DNA of 64,000 bases, taken from IMG/VR virus record IMGVR_UViG_3300010352_001543; one strand, given 5' to 3'. The notes beneath the pieces are model-generated. The model was not told the DNA's origin. It worked only from the letters and a program-made list of their open reading frames with translations, and searched no databases. This document shows positions 21,245 through 31,516 of this stretch, one piece after another. The translations under genes and the position numbers were made by a program. The DNA is from a virus (lineage: Duplodnaviria > Caudoviricetes). The stretch's first letter is position 1; every line of letters starts with the position of its first letter.

Positions 21245-21786
21245 CTACATCAATTCAAATTTATAACATAATTCATCTGTAGGACGAATTTCGATGTTAT
21301 GAATATAATCACTTGAACCATATTCAAGTATTAATATACCATTCAATTCTTCTTTTTTCTGCAATATAGATATTCGCCAACTAAATCTTTATTTGAATTA
21401 TCTAATATAAAATGATCACCTGTTTTTATTTCCTTTAAAGTACAAGGAATTATTTTTATAGATTCTTCTACAGGAGACAATTGCATACAATCTAAATAAT
21501 AATAAACAAATTGTCCTTTTTCATTCATAACATAGAATGTCAATGAACCTAATCGACTATATGCGATATCATTGTCTATGAGAAATAAGCAAGGAAAATC
21601 ATCCACACTTAGACTCTCAGTTTCTACTTCATCTTCTATAATTTCATTTTTAAGTTCCTCTAAAATAGATATGATTCGATTGGTGATTGCATTTATTTTG
21701 AAAGTTCCTTCTAATACTCCTCTTTGTTCAAATAGTAATTGGTCTATTTGAGCTTCTGTTAAATTCATTTCTGATAGTACACTCAT
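21245..21786 (-). pseudogene. frameshifted paralog of 60687-61196 (or programmed -1 frameshift gene)
   Basis: ORF stops just after AGA AAA AAG; the -1 frame continues EELNGILILEYGSSDYIHNIEIRPTDELCYKFELM, matching the paralog C-terminus. Confidence 0.6.
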
Positions 21787-22174
21787 TTTTGTTTCCTTAA
21801 ATAATTGGTTCCGGATATTTAATTGTTTTGTTAGCTACATCAACAATTGCTATTTCTTCGTTTCCGAGAAGAATATACAACTGGTTGAATTCTGGATCTT
21901 TTTCTGTATTTTTTACATTGTGGATGTACACATTTGAAATCCAATCCAAAATAAAATAACCCATTGTACCGTCTTTGAAGACGATGAGATTGTTGTATTC
22001 TGTTTCATCCCTGTAAATGGAGAAGTCGTTGTTCCTGAAATAAATTTCATTAAAATTTACTTCATTTAGTTCTTCTGCATCGAACAACACCTCTTTGACC
22101 GTATCAAGTGGTTCTTCTGTTTTAACTTTACCTGTAACGAAGTCATCATATTTGATAATGTAATTATCCATTTT

Positions 22175-22984
22175 CTATCCTTGTTTAAAATTTTCAATCG
22201 CTTCATCAACTATACTTTGAAGCAACAATAATTTGTCCAAATCGGTAACATATATACTACTGCTACCTAATTCTGTATTTGAAAGATGATCAAAGTCCAT
22301 AAATATTCCACCACGTTGTAATGGTTTTACAAAGAATTTGATATCTGCATTGGAAGCTGTAAATGATTCCATAATTTTTTCCTTTTTTTCTCTTAAATAT
22401 CCTGTAGGACAATAATTTGTCCCATAGGCTTTGTCTATCTTTTTTAAGTACTTTTCTATTTTGCCGTGAAGTTTTAAAAGATGTTTGAATTGGTTTTCTT
22501 TTAACTGTTGCTTAATTTCTGGTCCTAAATTATTGATTTCCTCTGGGACGAATTCCATAATTAAAGACATTCCTGATTCTTTTAATTGATTATTTATTTT
22601 CGTTAGATGATTATAAAATCTTTGAACGTTTTTAATTGTAATCAAGCTTGAATGCAACCGGTGACGTCTCTTACATAGTTCAGCCAACGCGTCATGTTGC
22701 TCTTCTGTTAAAATACCAATCTTTTTGTTGTTTGCCATAACTTTTTTAACATATTCTTTTCTCTTTTCATAAACTTCTTTTGATAACTTTGGTTTGTGTT
22801 TCGAAATATATTCAATTGCGTGGTCAACCATCCTTTGCAAAATTGATATTTCATTCAGGTCTTTTATTTGTAATATGTTTGCCGGTGAATCTGTTCCTGA
22901 ACAATATTCCAAATTCAATCCACCATCAATCAAAGGAACTAAACACAAACTATTTTTTTTGGATTCCAATCTGAATTCGTCCAT
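22175..22984 (-). CDS. hypothetical protein with repeated terminal domain
   Basis: N-terminal VPLIDGG...ILQRMVDHAIEY resembles C-terminal KPLQRGG...LLQSIVDEAIEN. Confidence 0.6.
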   Translation of the reverse strand: MDEFRLESKKNSLCLVPLIDGGLNLEYCSGTDSPANILQIKDLNEISILQRMVDHAIEYISKHKPKLSKEVYEKRKEYVKKVMANNKKIGILTEEQHDALAELCKRRHRLHSSLITIKNVQRFYNHLTKINNQLKESGMSLIMEFVPEEINNLGPEIKQQLKENQFKHLLKLHGKIEKYLKKIDKAYGTNYCPTGYLREKKEKIMESFTASNADIKFFVKPLQRGGIFMDFDHLSNTELGSSSIYVTDLDKLLLLQSIVDEAIENFKQG

Positions 22985-22993
22985 GAATATTCC

Positions 22994-23617
22994 TTATTCT
23001 GTTATTTTTCCATCATAATCAATATCGTCAAAAATAACAGGTACTAATTGTTGTAATTCTTTCAATAGAGGAATCATCAAAGCTCTCATTTGTGGATGAG
23101 CTGCCTTAGCACATCTCATAGTAAAAATATGTCTCCATTCTCGAAGATTGGCAGTGACTACTATCTCTGTTTTCAAACTATTCGGAAGCACCTCTCTTGC
23201 TTGTTCTAATCTTGATTTTTGTTCTATTAATCTACAATATATCGCTTCAGTTGAAGACATAGATTTACCCCAAAGATTTTTCTCTTCATCACTCCATTTA
23301 TCCCACCAAACAGGCCTTATGAATTCCATATTACCATCATATTTAACATAACGGGTTGACTCTTGAGAAAATGCAGCAAGTCTATGACGAACCAATTCAT
23401 GGGTCACTCCGCGGTTGGTGATAAATTTAACAGTAAGGGAAACATGTTCAATCACCGACTGGTGGTTTTTCTTTAAAATCATTTTACAAAATTTTTCTGC
23501 CGATCCTGGTTTGATGTCGCCTTCTGATTGATAACAGGTCCGACCTATTTTCTCTAAAGTTTCTAAAATATTTTTAGGTATTACCATTATTTGATAACTC
23601 TGTTCTACTATTTTCAT
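22994..23617 (-). CDS. thyX: FAD-dependent thymidylate synthase
   Basis: HQSVIEH, RGVTHELVRHR, FSQESTRY, AREVLP, NLREWRH. Confidence 0.95.
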   Translation of the reverse strand: MKIVEQSYQIMVIPKNILETLEKIGRTCYQSEGDIKPGSAEKFCKMILKKNHQSVIEHVSLTVKFITNRGVTHELVRHRLAAFSQESTRYVKYDGNMEFIRPVWWDKWSDEEKNLWGKSMSSTEAIYCRLIEQKSRLEQAREVLPNSLKTEIVVTANLREWRHIFTMRCAKAAHPQMRALMIPLLKELQQLVPVIFDDIDYDGKITE

Positions 23618-23805
23618 TTTGCTATTTCCTTTGATTGTTTTGATATAATGAGCAACTTTGTTCAGTCGCCTTTTGATTATTTAATTGTTCTGCAAGATAA
23701 ATTCTCAGTCCTTTTCGAACTGTATGAATTGTTTGTCTTCTTAAACATCCGTATTTAGAAGACGTTTCATTTTTAAAAATATTGTCACAACCAAGACAAA
23801 ATTGA

Positions 23806-24816
23806 TCAGGATTTTTTACCATATAAAATATTGTCGCATATTATTGAAATAATTTCATTGATACTTTCTTGGTTTATATTTAAAACAAAATCTTGAAATG
23901 CTTCATGTGTAGAAAACATTTCTTTAAAATTATTTATGATCTTTCCTATGATAGCTCCTTCTTGAAGTCCGGTTACTTCCATGATGATTCGACCATTAAA
24001 CTTTTCAGCTACTGCTTTACTTCTTTCATATTTTGCTATCAATGTAGCCCACTTGGCTTCAACATATACTAACGGAAAATGTTTTTTACATAATTCAAAT
24101 ACTTTTTCTTTGCTTGGTTTTTCTATCTTAGCTGGAAACCTATCAACGTTTCTGTTCATCCAATCAACAAACAGATGATAATTGACTCTTAGATTATCTC
24201 GACGGTTCATTGCAGAATTCTGAAAACTTGGTTCAATGATACGGCGATTGAAAAATGGAGAAGTAGCACAAAATTCAAACACATCTTCCATTGTTTCAAA
24301 TCCTTGTAGCCACCGGTCAAAGTCCAGTCCTAAAACATTCATTGCTTGTCTTGGATCCTTTGTTAAAGCAATTTTACCAAGTTTATGACCGTCATAATGA
24401 ACTTTATAGTATAGACCATCGAACCCGAAGGTTAAGCCGATACACTTTGCTAACCTACCAACTATCAAACCAAAGTCATTGTAATTGTAGAATAGCTTAG
24501 TGAATTCAAATTCTTCCGGAGGAACCAGAATCAAATCAACTTGCAGATCATTGTAGTCAAATGAAACACAATTACTATTTGAATTTTTCTCAGTACATGT
24601 TATCATACTAAATATACCATCGAGCGTTTGTTTCCGGTCACCTGTTATTTCTACTAAGATATCCAAGTCCCCAAACGTTTCTTTTTGATTAAAAGATTTA
24701 ACCACATACACATTAGTTATTATTTCAAGTAGAGGAACTAACTCATTTACCACTTCTTCTATTTCTGCTTTGGAGTATCGTCGAGTATTGACTGTTTTAA
24801 GTGCTTTACCACCCAT
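23806..24816 (-). CDS. phage nucleotidyltransferase (Pol-beta/PolX-like catalytic motif)
   Basis: KETFGDLDILV and QVDLI carry the DxD...D triad; MGGKAL start typical of this phage family. Confidence 0.7.
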   Translation of the reverse strand: MGGKALKTVNTRRYSKAEIEEVVNELVPLLEIITNVYVVKSFNQKETFGDLDILVEITGDRKQTLDGIFSMITCTEKNSNSNCVSFDYNDLQVDLILVPPEEFEFTKLFYNYNDFGLIVGRLAKCIGLTFGFDGLYYKVHYDGHKLGKIALTKDPRQAMNVLGLDFDRWLQGFETMEDVFEFCATSPFFNRRIIEPSFQNSAMNRRDNLRVNYHLFVDWMNRNVDRFPAKIEKPSKEKVFELCKKHFPLVYVEAKWATLIAKYERSKAVAEKFNGRIIMEVTGLQEGAIIGKIINNFKEMFSTHEAFQDFVLNINQESINEIISIICDNILYGKKS

Positions 24817-25517
24817 GTTTTAAATTACTTTGTATTAGTTGTTAATTTGCTAATTTGTTCCAATAAAAATTCAGTCGAGATTGTCATCGATTCTGAACCT
24901 CTGCCACCCCATCCATGATCCCAATTAAATTCAATTTCAATTTTCACCTTCATCTTTTAAAGTAATCATGAAATCACTGTCATACCTTTTAGCAGTTATC
25001 CAGATTTCATTTGTAGAAGAAGGGCGGTAAAAATGTTCTTTAATTATTAAATCATCCATTGTTAAATTACCCCAAGTTCTTTGGTATGAATTTCAAAAGC
25101 GTTTAATACCATTTCAACACCATCCGCAGTTATTATAACAATTTCTCGCTTTTGATTTATTTGTAATTTTTTACAGCTGATGATCATTGTTTGTTCTTCA
25201 TCAAATAAAATATTAGCATTGTATCGAATTTCATAAATTTTAACACGGTCAGCGTCATAAATGTCTTTTTGTTCACAATAATACTTTTTAAAGGCATCCA
25301 TGAATTCATTCAAAGTTTCTTTTTCTGTTGTTCCATAATTTATTTTTGATCTATCTACTTCAGAGAAAAAATCAAACACACTACTAGCTATTTCAGGATT
25401 TTTTATTATTCCATAATACCGCAATTCCCAATTTGATTCATTGTCTTCAAAAACAGAAGATTTGAAAATCTTCTCTGCTTTCAAGTATATTTTTTCTAAT
25501 TCTTTGAATTCCATCTT

Positions 25518-25859
25518 CTAATTCTCCTTATTTGGAATATAACCACAACCTTCATATTCGCGTCCGCCACCGGGTAAATCTTTTCTGATTTGAAATTCTT
25601 TGTCGGAACAATCCGAACAAATTATTTCGTCAGTGAACCAACTCATTATTCTTGAGACAAGAGGAGCACCGCATCTATCACAATTTGTTTGTGTGAAGAA
25701 GGTATCTGCATGTTTTTCGTTATTCATATTACTGTTTATATCTAATTGATTATTACGTGACTTTATGCTACACTCTTTGCATAAAATTCTTATTGGTGTA
25801 TCCCAACTGCCCATATGATCTGTTAGCGCACCGCATTTATCGCATGGTAAATAAGCCAT
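25518..25859 (-). CDS. zinc-ribbon protein
   Basis: Four CxxC pairs (CDKC, CKEC, CDRC, CSDC). Confidence 0.6.
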   Translation of the reverse strand: MAYLPCDKCGALTDHMGSWDTPIRILCKECSIKSRNNQLDINSNMNNEKHADTFFTQTNCDRCGAPLVSRIMSWFTDEIICSDCSDKEFQIRKDLPGGGREYEGCGYIPNKEN

Positions 25860-26529
25860 GATTTATCTCTGTTTATTTTGTTTAAAAATATTAATATCTT
25901 TAGTCATCAAAAGATTGCCATATAACTTTGCCATCTTTCCACCATCCAAAATCATATTCATCTAATGGGTATTCGATAGGAATTACAAACATCTTAAATG
26001 TTCTTTCTTTTTCAATTAACCTCAATCTATTGTTAAGTTGATAGAAAGTAACATCAATTCCAAATTGGCAATTATTTGATTCAACATCTGCGAATACTGC
26101 AGCGTTCCAGTTTTGTAATCTTATTTTGTCTTCTGTCCTTACTATAATATCCATTTTATTTTCTCCACTTGCTTGGTAACGGTTTAATGTCTTTACGAGC
26201 ATCCTTATCCGCCCACATTAATTCTTTACATATTAGATTCTGTCTATCAATTATAGCATCAATAGATTTGAGTTCTATGCCGAAGAACTCATCTATTTCA
26301 ACTTTTTTGTCCCACTTAGAAATTGCTTCAATATCTTTTGCTTTAAGATCTCCTCTCATGATTTTGATATTGATTTCTTTAATGACGTAGTCATTGCAAG
26401 TAACAATTACATCATCTGCTTTAAATTCTACATTCTGAATCCATTCGTAAAGCGCAAATGGGTTCATCGTCTTTTCTGGAAATACATAAGTTCCTTTTTG
26501 AAACTCGTCAGTAAATATAATTTTCATTT

Positions 26530-27099
26530 TTAATAGCCGTATAAATTTCGAAAAAGTTGACTTTCTTTAAACTCAATTTTGATTTCTTTTAATACATGAA
26601 ACATATGTACATTCATCCAGTTTTCCATTGCATCAGCATCGCTACCATGAAGTCCTATCAATATTCCTGGTCGGTGAGAAGTAACCCTAACAATAAATCT
26701 GTCATCTAATTCAGCAACTTCAATATCAGTGACATTCAAAAACATAGTAGGATTTTTTGATTTTTCTGTGAAGTGACAATCTAAGAACTGTTTTAGAGTT
26801 TTACGGAATTCCTTATCATCTGTTCGATTGAGTTTTTTGTCTTGAAACAATTTTTCTTTACCGATAGTAATACAATCCAAACAAGTCCATTTTCCATCTC
26901 TGCGAGTTTCACCTCCGTCAATTTTCTTGAGTTCTCCACACACACATAAGCGAAAATTATATTGAAAACAATCTTTGTGATAATATTTGCCTTTATGTTC
27001 TGTCATTTCTAATCCTGTTGCGATTTCATATCCACAAACTTCACAATACATTGGCTCCTTTTCTGGACTTGTAATTCCTAATTCTTTTGCTGGTGGCAT
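26530..27099 (-). CDS. Cys-rich zinc-binding region fused to type-II KH domain
   Basis: CEVC, HKDC, CVC, CLDC, then VRVTSHRPGILIGLHG resembling the ribosomal protein S3 KH motif. Confidence 0.65.
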   Translation of the reverse strand: MPPAKELGITSPEKEPMYCEVCGYEIATGLEMTEHKGKYYHKDCFQYNFRLCVCGELKKIDGGETRRDGKWTCLDCITIGKEKLFQDKKLNRTDDKEFRKTLKQFLDCHFTEKSKNPTMFLNVTDIEVAELDDRFIVRVTSHRPGILIGLHGSDADAMENWMNVHMFHVLKEIKIEFKESQLFRNLYGY

Positions 27100-27327
27100 T
27101 TTTATTTCTCCTTAATTTCCACTGGAAAGAAATCAGCTAAAGAATTTCTCATCAATTCAATTGATTCTTTCACAGAATCAAATAAAAAAGTACGACAATA
27201 TGCTTCAGCATTTTCTAATTCAATTGTGGAATTCAATAATTTCATATCCGCTGAATAATCCAAAAGATCATTTTCGATAGATAGTTTATTCTGTTTTTTG
27301 TCTAAGTAAATATAATACATTTTTTAA

Positions 27328-27435
27328 TCCTAAAATTATTAGTGTTGTTATTTAATTTATATAGTATAGACGTCACTGATGGAATTTTATTGTAAATAAA
27401 AAGAAAGAATTTCAAAATAAATTGAAATTCTTTCT
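27328..27435 (-). promoter_or_regulatory. repeat module B
   Basis: Hairpin plus TTTACAATAAAATTCCATCAGTGACGTCTATACTATAT and ACTAATAATTTTAGGA leader. Confidence 0.85.
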
Positions 27436-27437
27436 GA

Positions 27438-27600
27438 TGATAGGAGCAGGATTCGAACCTACATGAAGCGTACCAAGTGGATGTTATGCCATCTCTTCAC
27501 TGTCAGGCCTCCGTTTTGCGTTCGGAGCCAAGCTCATCGCTGAATGCTTCTTAGTTATGAGCCATATATTAGCGTCTAAAACCAATTCCGCCATCCTATC
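27438..27600 (-). ncRNA. tRNA-like RNA (163 nt) with anticodon region replaced by a multi-hairpin insert
   Basis: GATAGGA/TCCTATC-A acceptor stem, TG, D arm GCGGAATTGGTTTTAGACGC, T arm GTAGG-TTCGAAT-CCTGC; no anticodon arm. Confidence 0.75.
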
Positions 27601-27613
27601 AAAATATAATATT

Positions 27614-27949
27614 CTACTTTTTTAAATATTTTTTAATTGTCGCTAACATAACATAATCAGGAACAGCATATTCGAAATAACCATCCAAAGTATTACTTAA
27701 TTCGGAATAATCGGAGGTAGGACGATTATTTACAAAGTCTTTCTTTTTAGCTATAGCTAAAATTTCTGTAGCAACATTTTTAATATAATTTAGTTTATCT
27801 TGTACCGATTGTGAACGATCCATTAGTACAAGTTTACCACGTAAATCTTGTATATGATCCATGACATCAGAAGTTTTCTTATATCCTATATTAACAGCCA
27901 ATCCATTTTCGTTTAAAAATTCATTGCTTGTCATTACATATTTTTTCAT
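27614..27949 (-). CDS. putative internal head protein with capsid-targeting-like leader
   Basis: MKKYVMTSNEFLNE leader; AATATATAA at 27975-27983. Confidence 0.6.
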   Translation of the reverse strand: MKKYVMTSNEFLNENGLAVNIGYKKTSDVMDHIQDLRGKLVLMDRSQSVQDKLNYIKNVATEILAIAKKKDFVNNRPTSDYSELSNTLDGYFEYAVPDYVMLATIKKYLKK

Positions 27950-28716
27950 AATTTCACTTTTTTTTTGTTATAGTTTATATATTACTTATTTTGTATAAAA
28001 TCTATTTTAGGTGGTCCGGTCATAAAATCGTCATCTCTATTGTTACCACAAGTATTACCAGCAAAATATTCTTCAACTGTTCTTGGACCTCCGGTCGGAG
28101 ATAATATACCTTCGAATTCTTCCGGATGAGCTATCATGTCTTCCATGTAGTCTTTGTATGAATATGGCTCACCCTTCATATTTTCTTCTCAAGTAAGGAT
28201 TCGGTTCCGGTTCTCTACTTGATTCTTCTTTTTCTGTTGGAAAAAGAAGATCAAAAATTGCTCCAAAGCTCATATGACAAACACCTTGACTCGCTTAGGG
28301 CACCAAGCAGGAATCGTTAAATTTTTGTCATTCCATTCCACAAACGGGTAAATAATCTTTCCGTCCATCTCTTTACATGTCCATTTTTCACCACGCTCCC
28401 AGCTGTCTTCACCATAAGCAGGTTGTATGTTGCATTCTGGACATTTCTTACATGTTTCAATTTCGATTGTTACGTTGCTCAATATTGTATCTCCTCTATA
28501 ATATACTCAACTGTTAATGATTCTTCTCCGGAAACCTCTAATCTGGCAAAACGTCTTTCTTTAACGATCCAAATATCCTTTGATATACCTATTTTAGATA
28601 TGACAAGGTCACCAACGATTGGCAGAACTTTAAAGTCAATCCAATGTGATTTAATGCACTTAAGTGCATCCGGAACTTCCGTAGCATATGTATTTAAAAC
28701 TATAAATTGCATTTAA

Positions 28717-29553
28717 TTACCTCTTTTTCTTTTTAGAAAGTTTATGAAGGATGTTACCTTCTAAATCAGTTATTTGATAATTTTTCTTGGAGTAAATTAG
28801 TCCAGTACATTGAATAACTTCATAATCGAGCTCTAAGCGATTAATATCTTCTAACAATCCTTGACTAATACAGTTTTTAACATAAATATTATCTACATCT
28901 ATCAGTACTATTTCTTCATATTTGGAAAAAATCTTATGAAGAAAATTAAAATATGGATAAAATTCATTTTGAATATACTTATTAGAAAAATTATTTTTTA
29001 TCTTGATGAAACAGTCCGGTCCTTCTTTAGGCGTGAGTGTTATAGAAATGTTACTGTTCCTCGTTGATTGATTACTGGTAACTCCGGTATTTAATGCTCC
29101 GTAAGTACAGTTAATAAACATTTTTATTATATGTCTTACACCATATGTAATAGTTTCAGTATTTAATATTTCATCTATGTTTTTTAAAACAAATGAATAT
29201 AAATTTCCAAATTTAGGAATATTGTATTCTATTTGTTTTGTTTCCCAAAGATCATTTAAGATATGGCTAAACAAATATTTGAATGAAATACATTGTAAAT
29301 CTGTTTGTTCCGCTATAATATCATTATCGATGAGATTAGCGGTTTTGATACCGCATTTATCAACGAATTTTTCATCGTTTCTGAATTTGGTCGGACCATA
29401 AAATTTCAAGAGGAGCGAACCAACCAAACCGTTGTATTCGTCCATATCAAATTTGTTATTGGTCAAGTTCGGAAGTTCTAACCCTTTGACAAATTCGATT
29501 AGATTATCAATAGTTAGTGCGCTGGTGATGTGCTGGTGTTTGAATAAATTCAT
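28717..29553 (-). CDS. degenerate family-B DNA polymerase palm-like protein
   Basis: KMFINCTYGAL resembles PolB motif B (KxxxNSxYG); LIDVDNIYV resembles motif C (YxDTD). Confidence 0.5.
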   Translation of the reverse strand: MNLFKHQHITSALTIDNLIEFVKGLELPNLTNNKFDMDEYNGLVGSLLLKFYGPTKFRNDEKFVDKCGIKTANLIDNDIIAEQTDLQCISFKYLFSHILNDLWETKQIEYNIPKFGNLYSFVLKNIDEILNTETITYGVRHIIKMFINCTYGALNTGVTSNQSTRNSNISITLTPKEGPDCFIKIKNNFSNKYIQNEFYPYFNFLHKIFSKYEEIVLIDVDNIYVKNCISQGLLEDINRLELDYEVIQCTGLIYSKKNYQITDLEGNILHKLSKKKKR

Positions 29554-29595
29554 TTTTTGAATTCCTAAAATTATTAGTTTTGTTAATTATTAGTT

Positions 29596-30012
29596 CTATA
29601 TTATTAATAAATCAGTTCCGAGTATTTTCCAAAAGGATTCGGGTAAGTAAATGTTATCTATATTAATAGCACCATAAAACAAAAGTGCTATATCTTCTGG
29701 AGTGTAACCGGCAAGACCACACCCAATTTCTGTTACTAAGTACATCTTATTTGTTTCTCTTTCCACTGATTCTATAAAATGTTTAATATACCGGGCAATT
29801 TCTTTTAGTTCCAAAGTTTCTAAATTTTTATCTTTTGTTGGAATGGCGAAGGTTCGTCCATACTCACCAAATCCTCGACCCATTTCGGCGCCCCATTGTA
29901 GTGCCATCTTTGCTGCACCAGCGCCATGTATTCCAGCTTCGTTACTACCAAAGACGAATATTTCACCTTCTCTTAGATTTGTTATATTTTCAGGTGTTGT
30001 TCTATTTCTCAT
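29596..30012 (-). CDS. macrodomain-like phage protein (A1S_2505 family)
   Basis: IFVFGSNEAGIHGAGAA, FAIPTK, VTEIGCGLAGY. Confidence 0.8.
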   Translation of the reverse strand: MRNRTTPENITNLREGEIFVFGSNEAGIHGAGAAKMALQWGAEMGRGFGEYGRTFAIPTKDKNLETLELKEIARYIKHFIESVERETNKMYLVTEIGCGLAGYTPEDIALLFYGAINIDNIYLPESFWKILGTDLLII

Positions 30013-30618
30013 AGTTATTTTCCTTGTAATATTTTTAAGTATGCTTCGACCGCAATATAATTATTGAAATTAAGATTAAGTAAGTTCTGTAAGAATCCTT
30101 CGTTCCATGTTATTAGTTCTTGATGACTATCGAATAGTAGATGATATTTTTCATTTCCCTGATGTATATAATAATAAGGAACAATTTTATAATTTTCGAT
30201 GTTGTAAATAACATCACCTTGTTTTAAATCAGTTATTGTCATTTTTATTTCCTCTCTGTTACCATTGATTGTTTCGATACCGAATCAAAAATTTCGATGT
30301 GGTCATATTCATTCCAATCATCATTAGATAAACTACTGGCTATCCGGTATGCTCTTTGTAAATTACTATCATAGGTTATTCGAATTTTTTCCAAAGGACA
30401 ACCATCATCGTTATATGTATGAAGATTTATAATATATCTTTCTTCTTCTATTTCAGGCGCATTGTAATATTGATCTATTACTTTTTGAGCTTTACTGGCT
30501 AACATCTTCTCTTCATCTTCGTCAAATGTTAATTCATCCAATATTTCATCTATTAATGATTTTGCTTCTAAATCAAATTCTTTTTCTTCTTTCTTTTCCA
30601 TTGTTTTATTCCTAATTA

Positions 30619-30975
30619 TTAGTTATTGAAACCTAAATTGTTTTGTGGAAATCTGCCGATACTTTCTTTCAATGCAAGAATGTCGTTTGTTGCTTCTTTT
30701 AATGTGATCAATGAATAGTATGAAGATCCGTAAACATCGTTTGATTTCTTTTTACGATCGCCTGATTCTAAGTCATATGACTCATCGTCACCGTATCCAC
30801 CGGTTACCCTAATTGATTTTTTATTGACAGTTTTGACTGTTCTTTTTTCATAAGTGTAATAAACACCTAATTGCGGGTTGTGACGTTCCATCATTCTAAC
30901 ACACGTATCACCTTTTTTCAAATCTCTGATTGTGATTGCAGTGTTTTCATTTTTTAATTCTTGTTGCTCGTTCAT
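30619..30975 (-). CDS. hypothetical protein, intact paralog of 34730-35116
   Basis: DLKKGDTCVRMMERHNPQLG.YYT.EKRTVK shared; first gene after module C. Confidence 0.75.
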   Translation of the reverse strand: MNEQQELKNENTAITIRDLKKGDTCVRMMERHNPQLGVYYTYEKRTVKTVNKKSIRVTGGYGDDESYDLESGDRKKKSNDVYGSSYYSLITLKEATNDILALKESIGRFPQNNLGFNN

Positions 30976-30984
30976 TTTTTTAAA

Positions 30985-31086
30985 TCCTAAAGTTATTAGT
31001 TGTTATTTAATTTATAATATATAGACGTTGCTAATGGAATTTTATTGTAAACAAAAAGAAAGAATTTTCGAACGAAAATTCTTTCT
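30985..31086 (-). promoter_or_regulatory. repeat module C
   Basis: Hairpin plus TTTACAATAAAATTCCATTAGCAACGTCTATAT and AACTAATAACTTTAGGA leader. Confidence 0.85.
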
Positions 31087-31110
31087 GATAATAATATTCG
31101 ACCGGAGAAC

Positions 31111-31485
31111 TTATTTTCTAAGCTTTTCCAAATCTTCGATTGACATTTCCTGTAATTGTGATTCTTGCTTCATAGCAATCAATGCATCAATTTTTTGATT
31201 ATGTGCTTTAATTGTAGCAGCGTCCCGGATTTCTTCTGCTTCTTTTTTCTTCGTTAGATATACATCTTTTAGTATATCAAATCTTAGTTGATTTTCTGTG
31301 TCAACTACTGTATTTGATTCAAGAAATGACAATTCATCATCATTGTCTTTTACTAATACCTTTTTAACAGCTTTAATTGCTGATGATAATAGAGCAGGTG
31401 TTAGACCCCATAATTGCTCAACGGATAGTTCACCTTTTTCTGTAGTGAATCTTAATCTTAATCTCGATGCTTGTTTGTATAACAT
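31111..31485 (-). CDS. conserved phage protein, likely partner of the 709 aa gene
   Basis: ASRLRLRF...GELSVEQLW.L and coiled-coil C-terminus; co-transcribed between modules D and C. Confidence 0.65.
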   Translation of the reverse strand: MLYKQASRLRLRFTTEKGELSVEQLWGLTPALLSSAIKAVKKVLVKDNDDELSFLESNTVVDTENQLRFDILKDVYLTKKKEAEEIRDAATIKAHNQKIDALIAMKQESQLQEMSIEDLEKLRK

Positions 31486-31516
31486 TTTGTTATCCTTTAA
31501 TATGATAAATAATTAA

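Noticed and set aside
27438-27600. tmRNA or group I intron-containing tRNA
   Set aside because: Too short, retains a D stem, has no tag ending in Ala-Ala and no recognisable intron core or reconstitutable anticodon arm.
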